This document shows, piece after piece, positions 11,851 to 26,496 of a DNA stretch of 64,000 bases; position 1 is the stretch's first letter, and the number at the start of each line of letters is the position of its first letter. The stretch is from Saccostrea cucullata (lineage: Eukaryota), in contig NW_026939872.1 of NCBI RefSeq assembly GCF_032062105.1, positions 1-64,000 of the forward strand. Direction: 5' to 3'. Under the pieces are notes generated by a model. It ran no database searches, was not told where the DNA came from, and saw only the letters and a list, made by a program, of their open reading frames with translations. The position numbers and the translations under genes were made by a program.

Positions 11851-12218
11851 CTGTATCAAATTTTCTTCCGTTATGGTGTCGTAAAAATGCTTCGAAAAAA
11901 TTTGGGAAAAACATTTCAGCTCAAATGTATTGCCTATTTGACTTTTTTCTGTAGATGCTGCTGGCTTTTTTCATGTAGTTGATTATATTTATGTCAGGAC
12001 GAACTACGCATTTTTTCCCGAGGGTGAAAGTGAAAAACACTTGGTTATTAGTCACATTAAGATAATTGAAATGAGAAAGATCCACTGAAAATTTGAAATA
12101 AATTAAAAATCTTTCTGTTTTTGTTTATTTTGTGTTGAACGATATTAAAAGATAAAACTGTGTGTGAATAATATAACCATTTGAATAATTCAATTTATTC
12201 ATAAAATTACAAGACTTA

Positions 12219-13295
12219 CGAGGGTTGTCCGTAAAGTTCGTGGACAACATTGATAATTACTGACAAACATTGATAAAATATATGAAACTATTATTTTCAC
12301 TAAATTCATGTTTTATTTTCTTAAAATGCAAGTTTTCAACAAAAACAAAGTACAAATAGTCATATTTTTATCAGATACAAAAAAGACACACTCTCATACC
12401 CGGAGCACTAAAACGTAAATCCTTGACGTTACCTGACGTCAAAAGCTTAATACGAGTACATGTAACTTTTTTCAACATAGTCTCCATTCAACTCAATACA
12501 TTTCTTATGTTGCTTTAACCATTCATAAAAATGTGCACAAAATGTTCAGTTTTCGTACGTAAAATAATATTTAACAATGCCTGTCTCATTACCTGAAAGC
12601 ATCCTACCCCTGTCCGCGTAAAACCGACTTTATTTAAGGAAATACGGCAAAATCACGTTACGAAATTAACTTATTACTGCACTGCAATCTCGGAATGATG
12701 GTCTTCCTTCAACCATGTCATCCTGTAAACTGTTCCTTCCGTCTGAAAATTTTATTTTCAACTAAATACTTAAGAACGGCTTTCTATACTATATTTTCCC
12801 GACTGTTTACAGCTTTTCAGGGTCTCTGTTGGTGTTTTCCCGACGTCCACGCAGAATTTTATTACTGCTCACTGCTCCGCCTATTTCAAAAATGTCACTT
12901 TTTCGAATAAAGCCGATCCTGTCCTAATAGATTCTAACCTCTATTTCTCAGCCATTTCTGAACTCTGAACGTTCAAATTTTGCAGATTTGTAGTTATAAC
13001 TTTTGTCAACCTCAGAATGTCAAAGCAATCCGAATTTCCGCAGAATTTTACAAAATACAAATGAAATTTATAAAGTGATAAATAACTTTTTAATTAAAAT
13101 TTTGTGGTGCTCCGGGTCACCATCCCAAGTCTAATAAAGAAGCCATTACTATAATTATTTATTTGAAATTGAATATGATTTTACATTTTGTAATTGATAT
13201 TTAGTAAAGGATTATAAATATGTTAATAATAAATATCAATGACACCATCTTTCTTGAAATTTGAGCTTGTCCACGAACTTTACGGACAACCCTCG
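12219..13295 (-). mobile_element. Internally deleted mariner (Tc1/mariner) element
   Basis: Perfect 29-bp TIRs CGAGGGTTGTCCGTAAAGTTCGTGGACAA with TA on both sides. Minus-strand transposase relics FSDGRNSLQDDMVEGRPS (N-terminal) and KKCIELNGDYVEK (C-terminal). Confidence 0.9.
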
Positions 13296-14647
13296 TATTG
13301 TTGTAATTCATTGCCCTGTCACTGTCATAAATTTCAACTGGAGAAATTACAGTCTCTTAGGCGAATAAGAAAGCTTAGATGTTATTTGAAAAAGTAAAGC
13401 AAGTCTTATACCTAAAGAAAATCAGCATTTTTTTCTAAAAATTCCATTTTGGGGGTGTGTGAATTTATATCATATTTATTACAATATCCTTGATAAAGCA
13501 TAATAAAAAATGTATTGTGCCTGAATAAAAAAGTATAAGGTTATCTTTTTAAAAAAAAATGTTTTACCCTCTGCTATTCGAACTCAAGAGTAAGAACACT
13601 GGTTGTTATGTGGAACAATTCAATATATTTGTTGATAAAATTAAGGGGGAAAAAGAGAAAAAGTTTTAAATCGGCCCATTTTAGGCCAGCTGGATGGATG
13701 AGGGCAACAAAAATTTTACAGGTGTCATGAGACGTATATATTTTATACGGAGGCAGTATAAATTTTTATTCGTATACGTACTACCCACATGTTAAAACTC
13801 GTACACAATTTGACGTCAAAGAACACTAAAGGTAATTTAACACATTAACATAATTGCATCTGAGCAAAGACATACCCTATCTGCTTTTAAATAAATAGTG
13901 TTTAATATTCAGAAGAATGTTAAAAAAATCATAAAACTGTTGTTCAAATCCCTTTGCACTTTTTCATTTATGGACATATGATACAAACCTTTGTCAGAAT
14001 TTCTGAAAATAACAACTTGGGCCTTGTATTCATAAATAAAATGAATTAGTTTCACAGCGTAGTTTTTGATGTTTTTAATTCAGAGTTACACGAAAATCGA
14101 ATTTGAAGTGAAATACATTTGTATCGAATAATAAGGATGGTTTCAGAGGGGTAAAATGTTGACCATCACAGAAGGTTTATAATTTTTTTATATTCGAGAA
14201 AAATATTATTTGCAACATTTGCAATAAAATTAGGTCAAAAAATTTATACCAATGCAGGCATCCATTAATTGTTTGTATCATCTGTCCTTAAAAAAATGAG
14301 GAAACTTATACAGGACTATGATATTTTCCTGTTTCAACTAAAAACTTTTTTGAATAGCAAGTAAACAATTGTACTGCAGACAGTGTATTCAGTAGTATCA
14401 TATATCCTTGCTTCCAATCATGCAATGTACTTGTAAAACAAAATAAGACATGCTTTTGTGTTGAAGCTGTTTTGTTGATGTTCCTTTTCATCTTGTTTAA
14501 AAAATTCTCATTTTTGGTTATTGTCAGTCCTATGACACACTTCGTAGCTAGATAAATAAGAATTCAATGCCTATTTTCAATTTTTTTTAATTTTCTCTCT
14601 TCATGACTATTTATTTCGTTAATTTTTATTTGATCAGCTGAGAGAAC

Positions 14648-14960
14648 TTAGGTGACCTATTGCTATCCTTTTTCCTTCGTTGTCGTGCGTCGTTCGTCAT
14701 GTTAACATTTGAAAATTTTCAGCTTCTCAGCAACCACTCAACCAATTTTGGCATAAAATATCTGTAGAAAAGAGGAACAAAACTGAGTTTCATGGTCCCT
14801 GTCCCATAGAGACAAAACCACCAAAATTGATGCAATTTTTAAAAATTTCTTTTACTCCTGGACAATAAGTACTCAAACTGTTTGCATGATTGTAGTAAGC
14901 CTTGAGTCCTATACCAAAATTGTGAATTTCATTTCATGACCTCATGGGTCTAGTGTTTTC
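14648..14960 (+). mobile_element. Degenerate Helentron-like (HINE/Pearl-type) element
   Basis: AGGTGACCTATTG..., a GTC-rich microsatellite and satellite-like body that match the element end at 29515-29657 in opposite orientation. Confidence 0.55.
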
Positions 14961-15909
14961 AATATATTCTTGGATGTTTTTAGACTGGTCACTATTCGTT
15001 TTCTCCACTCCATCATTTCAAAAGATAAACATTCAATCCAATCAAACAATGTTTTCAGGTCTTCCTTTTCATAATTTGCTTAACGTCTGACACAATCTTA
15101 AACAGAATTCATTATAGATACTGGGGTTTTTGAATGTATGGCTTTTGAATGCCATTTTAAACTAACAAAGTCACCAGTAATGACATGTTCAACTTGCAAA
15201 TGATTGATGGAGGAAGTCGAACACTACAGCGGAATTAGTTTTAGATATTTTAAATATTAGATATGAATTTTTGGCATTGCTACATTCATTACACGTTTTG
15301 CTATCGCAGACAAAAAAGAGACTCTAAAGTAATTAAGTCGGTGTATTTGATAGTATTTTAAAAATCAAATTAAAAAAAGGTGGATTTTTTAAAAAATAAA
15401 ATTAATTAAAAAAAAACAGAAAACGTGCACGATCAAAACATTTTTATTGCGACAAATATTACTTTATATTACATACATTTCTTATTTATAGATCAAAATA
15501 AGAATAGGAAGAGGTGGGTAAAACACAATTCATCATCACAAAAAAAAAAACGTATGTACTACTCTGTATCAAGAATCAACATACATATACATTTATTTTT
15601 GAAATCTTGTGCAAGATTATCATACAAACGACTCGACAGACCCGTAACAATGATATATACTTCACAGCACACAATAGATTTCCCGTAAATCAATGTATCC
15701 GCGAACTTTTCTAAAAACACTTGTATATACAGCCTGCAACATGCAACACACAATCAATAGATAATTACTGTGATGCATGTCTGGCACTTTCAGTTATAAT
15801 ACAACAAACGCTACTGCACAGTCATCTGAATCCTTCAAACTGGAATTCAAAACAAAATATACATATTGTCCATTACAGCGTAACATGCATTATGTCAAAT
15901 ACTTTCTCG

Positions 15910-18725
15910 ATCATATGCATTCATCTCCGATCATTTCTCCAAAAATATAATAAAACACCTGCCTGTCTTCATTTAAACGTGCAGATTGAAATACTGTTTG
16001 ACCTTTATTGTCTTTGACTTCAATTTAATGCGGATAATTAGTGGCAAGGAATTCACATGAATCAAATTTACCTGTGCGACATGCAATATGAAGAACGCTT
16101 TCTCCATCATTTGTCAGTGCATCAATATCCAAACCTTTTTCTAAGAGGAACGAAATTAATTTTTTGTCTCCTTTAACACATGCAGAGTGTAATACTGTGT
16201 ACCCCTTATTGTCTTTGATATCAATTAATTTTGGAAAATTAGTGACGAAGAATCTACATGCATCATACTTACCATTTAAACATGCAGATTGGAGAACACT
16301 TTCTCCATCATTTGTCAGTGCATCAATATCCAAACCTTTTTCTATCAGGAAAGAAATCAATTTTCTGTCTCCATTTGCACATGCACAGTGTAAAGCTGTG
16401 TATCCTTGATTGTTTTTTATATCAATTAATTGTGGATAATAAGTGACAATGAATTCACATGCATTATAATTACCAAATAGACATGCAATATGAAGGACAC
16501 CAATTACCTCATTTGTCAGTGCATTAATATCCGATCCTTTCTTAATGAGAACGGAGATCACTTTTCTGTCCCCATTTACACATGCAAAGTGTAAAGCTGT
16601 AAACCCTTCATTGTTTTTGACATCAATTTCATGTGGAAAATTTGAGAAAAGGAATTCACATACATCATATCTACCCACACGACATGCAATATGAAAGATA
16701 TTTTTCTCCGTTAATTGTCAGTGCATCAATATCCAATCCTTTTCCTCCTATTAGATAAGCAATCAATTGTTTGTTTACACTAGCACATGCAGAGTGTAAT
16801 ACTGTGTTTCCTTTATTGTCTTTGACGTCAATTAAATGTGGATAATTATCGACAAAGAACTCACATGCATCATACCTACCACATAAACATGCAATATGAA
16901 GGACAGTTAAACCATCATATGTCAGTGCATTAATATCCAAACCTTTTTCAATCAGAAATGATATCAGTTTTTTTTTCTCCACTAACACATGCAGAGTGTA
17001 ATGCTGTGAACCAAGCGTTGTTTTTCATGTCAATTAATCGTGGATAATTATCTACTAGGTAGCTGCTTATACTGATATCCCCAATTTCAGATGCATAATG
17101 CAACACAGTGTCGCCATTTCTAGATCTAATATCTTTCAAAATAGGATATTTTTCAATCAAAAGCTGTACTAAATGAGTTTGTCCCGAGACACAAGCCTCT
17201 TGGATTAAACTGTGATAAGTATTAGCCCTTACAATTGATAAACAAGTTTGATTCAAATCTACAGACTTACAGATTTTCAATACCAAATCTAAATTACCAC
17301 TTCGTACTGCGTGGAAACAAGCATTTAAATCACAATATATATCTTCCCTTAAAATACGATTGGCGATTTGTACATGATTTTTTCTACTCGCGGCATTTAG
17401 GGATCTATATTTCTGAATTTTATCACAGCTATGTTGTAACAAGTGTTGCACCCAACCAATTTGTCCTGATTTTGCAAAATGCACTAGCATAGAGTTACCA
17501 TTTGAATCCAACCTTTCCTGAAAGCGGTCACTACAGACCTGATCTTTTAAGACATATTCAAAAAATGCATCGTCTTTCCATAACTCTAACAAAGAAATGG
17601 ATTCATATTCATCAGGTGATCCATCTCTCAAACTTTGATTTATTCTACTAGAAACAATTGCAAACAATTCTGCATCAGCCAAAATGTTTCTGCATTTTTG
17701 ATGCTCAGCTGTTGTCAATCTTTGAAGCAAGGTATGGTGACAGTTTAGAATTGTTTCCTCAGGAAGAGTGACAATAAGAATATGGAATAAAATATCTTGT
17801 ACGGAGCTATGGGAAAAGGAATACGAATCGTTAATTTTATCGTACATTTTTAAAAAAAACCTTCAAAAATATGAAAACTTTCGTGGAATTCACCTATTAA
17901 AAGGGGACTTAATTCAAGCATTTTTAATGCAATGGATTTCATAATCCGGTCTTTCTGATCAGAGAACAGCGAGGAATGCACATTTCCACCTTTCAACAGA
18001 AGGTATATCAACACTGCCGTTTTAACAGCTTTTTCTGTTATCAGGGTTTCCATATACTTTTTTAGGAAAAGAGAGGGACTACGGACAAATTTTGGAAGAT
18101 CACTTCCGAGGTCAGGATTCTCATGTGCTAGTCTACAACATTGTGGAAATCCCAAAGGTAAAAAATGCTCGGACTGTTTAAAGTTCATATCTTCTTTTAT
18201 ATCTCGAAGAAGATTATATTTGTTGAGAAACATAGTAAATTCTTCAGATTCTAAGGCATATTCACCAATTGATAAATAGATCTCAGATGAGACGGCACTT
18301 TTTGTTTAGCGGCAATTTCCATATAAATATCGTTTCTGACTGTTAAAATAAGGATATTTCCCATTCCACTATTGTTTGGCTTCACAAGACATTCTATAAC
18401 GTTTTTCTTATTTAAAAAATCGTTCAAGTTATAGAAAACGACGATTCCCCGAATGCATTATCAATAAGTACTGCCATGTTGTCAAACGGCGACACCCGTC
18501 CGTAGAGTTTGGACATTTTAAAGATTTGAAGAGGACGATTTCCTCCATCCATGCAAATCTTCAACAAGCATTTGGCTAATGTCGTCTTCCCGAATCCAGG
18601 AACACCTTTAATTACCACGTATCTGTTTTCCTCTAAAAGTTTTTTTGCTCTGTTAAATGCCCGGGTTTTAACAAGGATTTTCTCCGTTTCCTTATGATGA
18701 TCGTTGACCATAACCATTGTTGTTT
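15910..18725 (-). pseudogene. Gene 2 exon 4: disrupted nSTAND3 NTPase plus ankyrin repeats
   Basis: Collinear with gene 1 (GVPGFGKT, AVLIDNAFG, GFPQCC, FSHSSVQD). Frameshifts near 18425, 18280, 17850, 16970 and 16690. An in-frame TAA at 16025-16027 is followed by more ankyrin sequence (IEVKDNKGQTV). The acceptor was placed by homology (ETTMVM vs DSSRIM); an alternative in-frame acceptor gives an exon start at 18746. Confidence 0.85.
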
Positions 18726-19847
18726 CTATCATGAGTTTAAATAAACCTGATTATGATATTTTTCTTGTAAAAATTCAAGACAAAAATTATTAGTATATCG
18801 CTACCGAACAGTTCTACTTTTTGTATTTTCAGAGTAAAATGTATTTGGCATTTGCGTTAAAATATTGTTGTGTAAAATTTTTGCTGTACTTGTGGCTTTA
18901 TTTCTGTCATTTAGCCCAAGGAAAAATAAAAATGCCATTATGATAATCGCGTGTAAATAAAAGTTTCAGTAGCTATAGTTGTATTAAGATTAAATTTTAT
19001 TTACTTTTTAATATTTTAAAATATCTTGGACAATACAGAAATATATTAAGTAGGAATAGCATGACCCTTTCAAGCCTAGATGACTAATGTGTTGAAGATG
19101 TAAACATAGCATTTTTTATTAATTATTTATTTTTTTAATCTTAGCCGTAAAAATTTATTTCAGTATGTTTACATCATGCTTACTTTAACCTATATCCTAC
19201 ATGTATTTCTATCAGAAAAGGTCAGATTTATTTTAATTTTGGCTCCCCCAAATAATGGCTTTTTAAGTGTTGTTATTGCAAATTGTATTTTTAAAAAACG
19301 ATTTTCCAGATTTTTGAAACATTATACAGGTAATTACCGTTCTCCTTTTTTTTCCTATTCATTCTTTCTTATATTTGAGAGAGAATAGACAATATCTTAT
19401 CAATGTACTTAAATGCTGTTGATTTCTATGAAGTTTCAAATATGTATAATAAAGACTTCACCGGTCTCTATGTATTTTCTACATTTTCCCTAAGCAAACA
19501 ACAGAAACTTGTATTTGATAGTCTACATCTCTAAAATTTATTTTAATTGAAGTTTTATGGTTACCTCATATTCTGCATGTGACCATCTCCTATTTATCCT
19601 ACTTTAACAATTGTTTAGGTCACTGTTTCGTTTTCTTCAAGATGCCTTTTCAATACAATAATTTAATCCTGGTTGTCACGCTGTATTTGATTGGATAAAA
19701 ATTCATATCGTATAAAAAGGGTTGCCTACGTCACAATGACGCGCAAAAACGTACCAATCCGCAAATTTTTTTTTACAAATTGGTCATTTTTTTTCTTACA
19801 TTAAATGAATGAAAATTAAAATTATAAGCAATGAAGTTAAAATTTAA

Positions 19848-19960
19848 AAGCTACCCATTCTATACGATATTAACTGGGTTGAAACAGTTTACGCTTTTTT
19901 ATAAACCGCGATAGCATATCTGCCCAAACCCAGTTTATACCGTATAAAATGGGTAGCTAT
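19848..19960. repeat. Imperfect long palindrome, probably the core of a non-autonomous palindromic element
   Basis: AGCTACCCATTCTATACGATATTAACTGGGTT pairs with AACCCAGTTTATACCGTATAAAATGGGTAGCT. Confidence 0.7.
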
Positions 19961-20079
19961 TAAATTCATCCCTTAATTAAAATAAATACTCGTATATGTA
20001 AATTCATTTAATAACTGTTAGATTTCGTTGATAGAAAACAGAGTTTGATGCCGTATATATATATATATTTATCAACCCT

Positions 20080-21338
<1,259 letters not shown>

Positions 21339-21492
21339 ATATATAATGGCATTGGAGTCACAGTTTGAGTGGGGAAAAATCTCCGTCAGTTATTCGTTCT
21401 GGTTATTAAAATAAAACCCAGCCATTGGATATCATAAACGTACATACGTGTTGAAAAATCTTTAACTGAGGACAATGTGAACATATTCATAC

Positions 21493-21516
21493 CTACTTCT
21501 TTTTCAAGTTTGGGAT
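21493..21516 (-). CDS. Gene 2 micro-exon 3 (24 nt; NPKLEKEV)
   Basis: TTTTTTTCAG acceptor and G|GTATGA donor; homologous to 6335-6358. Confidence 0.85.
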   Translation of the reverse strand: MPNLKKK

Positions 21517-21614
21517 CTGAAAAAAAGAATCAAGGCAATATAAGACATATTAATCACTGAAAAATATGCATTGAGATGTTCCGAGATAAAATAATCAACA
21601 CGTTCATCACTTAC

Positions 21615-21656
21615 TGATGTGCAAACTTAGTTTCTTTTCCATGTCACTCAGCTTCT
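21615..21656 (-). CDS. Gene 2 micro-exon 2 (42 nt; EKLSDMEKKLSLHI)
   Basis: TTTTCAG acceptor, GTAAGT donor, phase 1-1, same length as gene 1 exon 2. Confidence 0.75.
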
Positions 21657-22054
21657 CTGAAAATATATATTTATTTTAATACACTCAAAATAGTATAATT
21701 TAAAATTGATTATGAACATTTGAGAGTTTAAAATAAATGTAAATAGGAAAAGGAGAATATAAAAGGAAAGCTGGTTTTTTTTTCAAAAAACAAACGATAA
21801 AGGTATGAAAACTGAACTCTGCTTGGATAATGTAAGGAATTTTATCGCACATATTTTTTTTCAATAGATTTCCATAACAAAATATCCAATCCTTCCAGTT
21901 GAAACATAAGCAGTAGATCTACCTTTTCACAATATTACACAGCCCAAAAAAATCTGTCGCTGCTTTCTGTTCCATATTCTTTGAAGAGAGTATAAAATAA
22001 TTCAAAATAACCAGTATTTAAGTAAAATGAGCCTCTATTTGAAAGTATATGTAC

Positions 22055-22682
22055 CTGAAAATTTAGACACAGATGAATGTAGATCTTCAAGAACCCCAAG
22101 TCGGTTTATGTATTTATGCTCATGTTCAGGATCCATGGAACATGTTTTTATTTCTTTCACAGACTCCTGGTAGACAGTAGACATCCCTAGATAGCGCTCT
22201 AATTCAACAACGATATCCCGGATGTTCCGCCATTCCTGACTAAACTCTGAGTCAGAAAGAAATATATCGGCAGAATGGCCTTCGTATTTGTTCCTAAGAA
22301 GACGAATCCGTTCGATATTTGCGGCGACACTTCTATTAGCGGGGTCTGGATTCTCGCCCCAACCTTTAGAATGTGGAGGTATTTTACTGACATTCCGAAG
22401 AATGATGTACACGATAGATATATCAAGGTCTGAATAGTCTCCCCAATACTGATTTGTTAGTGAGGGGAAAATGATGTCATTTTGTGATGGATTAAGAGGG
22501 TTGCGTTTTTTGTTTTTCTTGAAATCATCAGTCCATTCTTTGACTTTCTTGGATAAATCATACGGTGGAATTTCCTTTTTAAGAATTTCACGTAATACAT
22601 CAGTACATGGTCCCAGTATGAGCCTCGCCAGCTGAGCGGTGTTTGTCGTCTCTGGTGTCGATGTGTACTTCGATAACGACAT
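22055..22682 (-). CDS. Gene 2 coding exon 1: DZIP3-type HEPN domain (intact ORF)
   Basis: About 80% amino-acid identity to gene 1 exon 1 by manual count; RNKYEGH motif; donor AG|GTACAT; 628 nt. Confidence 0.85.
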
Positions 22683-22759
22683 CGTATTCTTATATGATGA
22701 AATGTTCTAAAATCACAAACTCCTCGTTATGTTTTCTATATAAAGAAAAGGAATATTAT

Positions 22760-23395
22760 TGCATGAAGAAGGATATGGAGCTAACAAACGGTATTTAATC
22801 TCAATGTCCATTAAACAGTATACAAAAAAAGAGCAGAGCAAACACGGACCTCCGAAATATCAGAGGTGGGATCAGGTGCCATGGAGGAGTGAGCATCTCC
22901 TGCCGACCGGTCACACCCGCCGTGTGCTCGTTGTCAGGATCAGGAAAAAATCTGTCGTCAATTCAGTGTATAAATAATGGACTAACTATTGGAATGATAA
23001 ATTGTCTTTGCTGACAAGGTTATTGTATCCACCATAGAACTTACGAAATGATGCATTTAAACGAGACTGCTGATATTCTTGTTTCATCAACTTGCTTGTC
23101 AATAATTTACCTCGTTTAAGAAATTGTTCATACGTAGAGCATTCTCTTGCGTATCGACTCAACTGATATATATATACTCCGTATGCAGGTGATGAAGGTA
23201 TATTGTGGCATAAGTAAGGGAAGTTGACGATAGAAAAGTTAAAGTCATCAAGTTTATCATAAAGCTTCGTTGTTATATTACCATTAGCGTCTTTTGCAAA
23301 CGAGTAAAATATCCAAATATGAAGCAGAAGTGTGGGACTCTGTGGTATCTTTTATTTCAAGCTCACCATGATATATCGTATCGACTTACGAATGG
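22760..23395 (-). mobile_element. 3' fragment of a Penelope-like retroelement
   Basis: Minus strand matches the RT C-terminal part (ELEIKDTTES, YDKLDDFNFSIVNFPYL) and carries the conserved tail at 22836-22929. Confidence 0.7.
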
Positions 23396-24131
23396 ACTGT
23401 ATATGTATATAAAACGATGCTAAGAATATATTACATTAGTAATTTCACAGTTTTATTTGTATTACTTGAACTTTGACTAATTACTTCATAATACTACAAT
23501 AGCAGGCATCATACTAAGGAAATGTTGACTTCATCAATACTGTTGATGTCATCATTTCATCAACTTATTTTCAATAGCTTGCCACTTTCATGAAATTGTA
23601 GAGCATGTACTAACGACAACTGACAATTGTTGCTATCATAAATTCTTCTCTATGATTTGGAGGATATTCCATTAGTGTTCTTTCTCAGCTATTCAGATAT
23701 TCTTTTGTCATATATGTAATTTCTTAATGATAAGAGATTTCTTTTAAAAAAAATCGTTCCATGCTGAAATATTTTCGAAAGTTTCAAAGATTTGCTTAAC
23801 TAATGAGATGAATTTTAGTCTGACAAATTCACAAGTTTGTATTTAGATATAAAACATTACATTTTTAGCAATAAAGCAGCCAAAAAAAATATATGACATT
23901 GTTATACCTTTAAAAATTTGTTCCTTTACAAATCTTTACGAAAAAAGTCTAACATTTTTAAATGTTTTGCTGAGCGGGCATTACAAAATCGATGTTGGAC
24001 CGTTCGCAGAGATATTGAACCGCTTACATCACAGAATGGGCGGAGCTTAATCTCATTTTCTTTCGTTGGTGTTAAATAGTGACAGACATTATGTTACATA
24101 ACAGAATACAAAAAAATGAAAGGTATAACAA

Positions 24132-24280
24132 AACATCTATTGACAGAGTTCTCGGGCAAAATGCGTTTTGTCGGACCCTTGAACCAAACTGTCTGCCTTC
24201 GGCCTAACGGCCTCAGGCAGACAGTTTGTTTCTTGGGTCCGACTAAACGCATGTTGCCCTCGAACTCAGTCAATAAATGT
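24132..24280. repeat. ~150-bp imperfect palindrome (possibly a Crypton-like non-autonomous element)
   Basis: ACATCTATTGACAGAG...CTGCCTTCGGCC-TAAC-GGCCTCAGGCAG...CTCAGTCAATAAATGT folds back along its full length. Confidence 0.8.
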
Positions 24281-24843
24281 ATAATATTAACGAACATCTT
24301 GAGAGCACAAAAAGGACAGAAATGCTCAGCATTTTATGTGAAAATGTTGGGCTATTTGTAGTTTCGTCAGTGCTTTTTTTGCATGATACAAAACTGGTAT
24401 ACGAAATATGTATTATCTCTTGTACTGAATGTTTATAAACATATTTGTTTTATCTGTTATTGACTGTAGATAAGTAAAATCACGCGCTTATGCCACAATG
24501 AACGGTAAACAATTATGGTAAAGATAATTTGATAGTTGATATAAAAGTATGGAATATTTTACATGTGTTTAAATTAATGAATTAATTAATGAATTTTTTA
24601 TATGTGTTAGGTGAATGTGTAGACATTGTTCTAAAATATACTTGATACCTAAATTATAATTCCTATCATAAAACAGACAGTGGGTATTGCGGAGTTGGGT
24701 GAACATTTTTTTCAATTAAGTGTAAAATAATTTTTCTGGCTAAAACAAATGATACTACATGCCTGTATATATTTGTATATTCTTGCTTTTTACAAGTTAA
24801 ATTTTTTTTTATTTCTTCAAGTTATTGATTATTTCTTCCTTAA

Positions 24844-25965
24844 TGAGGCCCGATCTACTTGATCTGCGCATACGTTTTAACGCAGCGTCGACTCAGGCAC
24901 GTCACAATACCCTTGACTGCCGTCACAATTGAACATAATAACGTCACAATTAAAATGACGTCAAATTGCGCTAAACTATTTTGCTGATCTTGCTTACCTG
25001 GTAGCTCTATCGAATATGCATTGAAAGCTGGCATTTCTATTTTTTTTTTAAATATTTAGATTAATTAACAACTTTGGGACCTAAATAATTTTGAGGGATC
25101 AAATTTTTGGTACAGATTTATTGATTTTATCCTGTTTTATTTCAATTTGTGAGTTTAAAAAAACAAACGCTGCAACTAAAAGTAAACGATTTTAGTCTTT
25201 CTCTTTGAACATGTTGAAGAGTTTATACACACTCTTTTTATTGCGGACTTAAATATGCATGCATTATCTTCAGTTTTAAAAAACAAAATAAGTTTATAAA
25301 TCATTTAAATTGAACCCCCAAGATATTTAATTTTTCTATATATTACATAATATTAGTAAAAATCGCAATGTTGTCGCCTTTAACCCCCCCCCCCCCCCCC
25401 CCCCCCCACACACACACACCCTTCTACCCCTATTTTCCACGTAAAACAAAGTCGCGTGTGAAGAGAAAAATAGTGCATGGCGAGAAAATAATTTCATAAT
25501 GTATGAATTATTTATTTTTTTAGAAACTAATACAGTATTGCAATCGTTTGTTGGTGTTATGTAAATCCATTGCGACCTATAAAATATGTAGTTGGATAGA
25601 ATAAATCTAAATTTTGTGTTTTGACATGAGCCCTTTTCATTGCAATAAAGGCTACCGCCAATTTTCTTTTCATTTTTTATAAGAGGAATGAAAATTGCAT
25701 GATATATGTGAAAAACAAAGAATTTCATCATGTATTTTTTTTAACTTGTAAATTTCTTTGTTTTTTGAAGAGTTTTAGTATGTAATTGTGTATAAAAACG
25801 CGAAAAATGGTCCATATCTTGACAGTGCCCCCATTTCACTACAATAAAGGCAAGGTAACAAAATTTCATCCTAATTTTTCTAAGCATAAAACATACAAGT
25901 ATATTTCCAAGAATTAAAAAATTTTATCATTCCGTTTTCGTAATTTTCAACTAGATCGGGCCTCG
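24844..25965. mobile_element. TTAA-flanked non-autonomous TIR element (piggyBac/Kolobok-type target)
   Basis: TTAA-TGAGGCCCGATCTACTTGA ... TCAACTAGATCGGGCCTCG-TTAA. Confidence 0.75.
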
Positions 25966-26496
25966 TTAAAAGGACTTAACTTCTCCCATAGTTTTATTCA
26001 TTACATCTGATGCATAAGCAAATCTTTTCTGAAGAATGATGCTTAGACTGTAAGATATAACAGAGACCTATACAATGTCGCTGGCAATATGCAATAGCTA
26101 CCACAGGCAATTTAGAACCTGTGGGAGGAAAATAGGAGGAAAATAATTTACAGAAACTTTTGAAATGAATACATAATTATCTCACCAGCATGTCATTGTG
26201 CAACAAAGTCGTCAGCATTTTATTTGTCCTTTGAACTGGTGAAACGTTTTGAATGGCACTCTTATCGATGAATTTTCCACTAAACCAAGCTATCTTCGCA
26301 GATCTAGCTTTATTTACCCGCCGTTTCATCTTAAACCGGAAGTGCGAGTTCGTAAATTTGAAATCTCGATCCCGACTCAAATTTGAAATCGGAAAACTTT
26401 TTTTCCTGAATATTCAAAACCTTGAGCGGAGGGTTTGTAAAACTGAAAATAAAATAAAACCTGGCCTTAAATATTTAATTAGATCATTAGCATATT

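Noticed and set aside
24094-24361. Two similar ORFs on opposite strands
   Set aside because: They are a consequence of the DNA palindrome.
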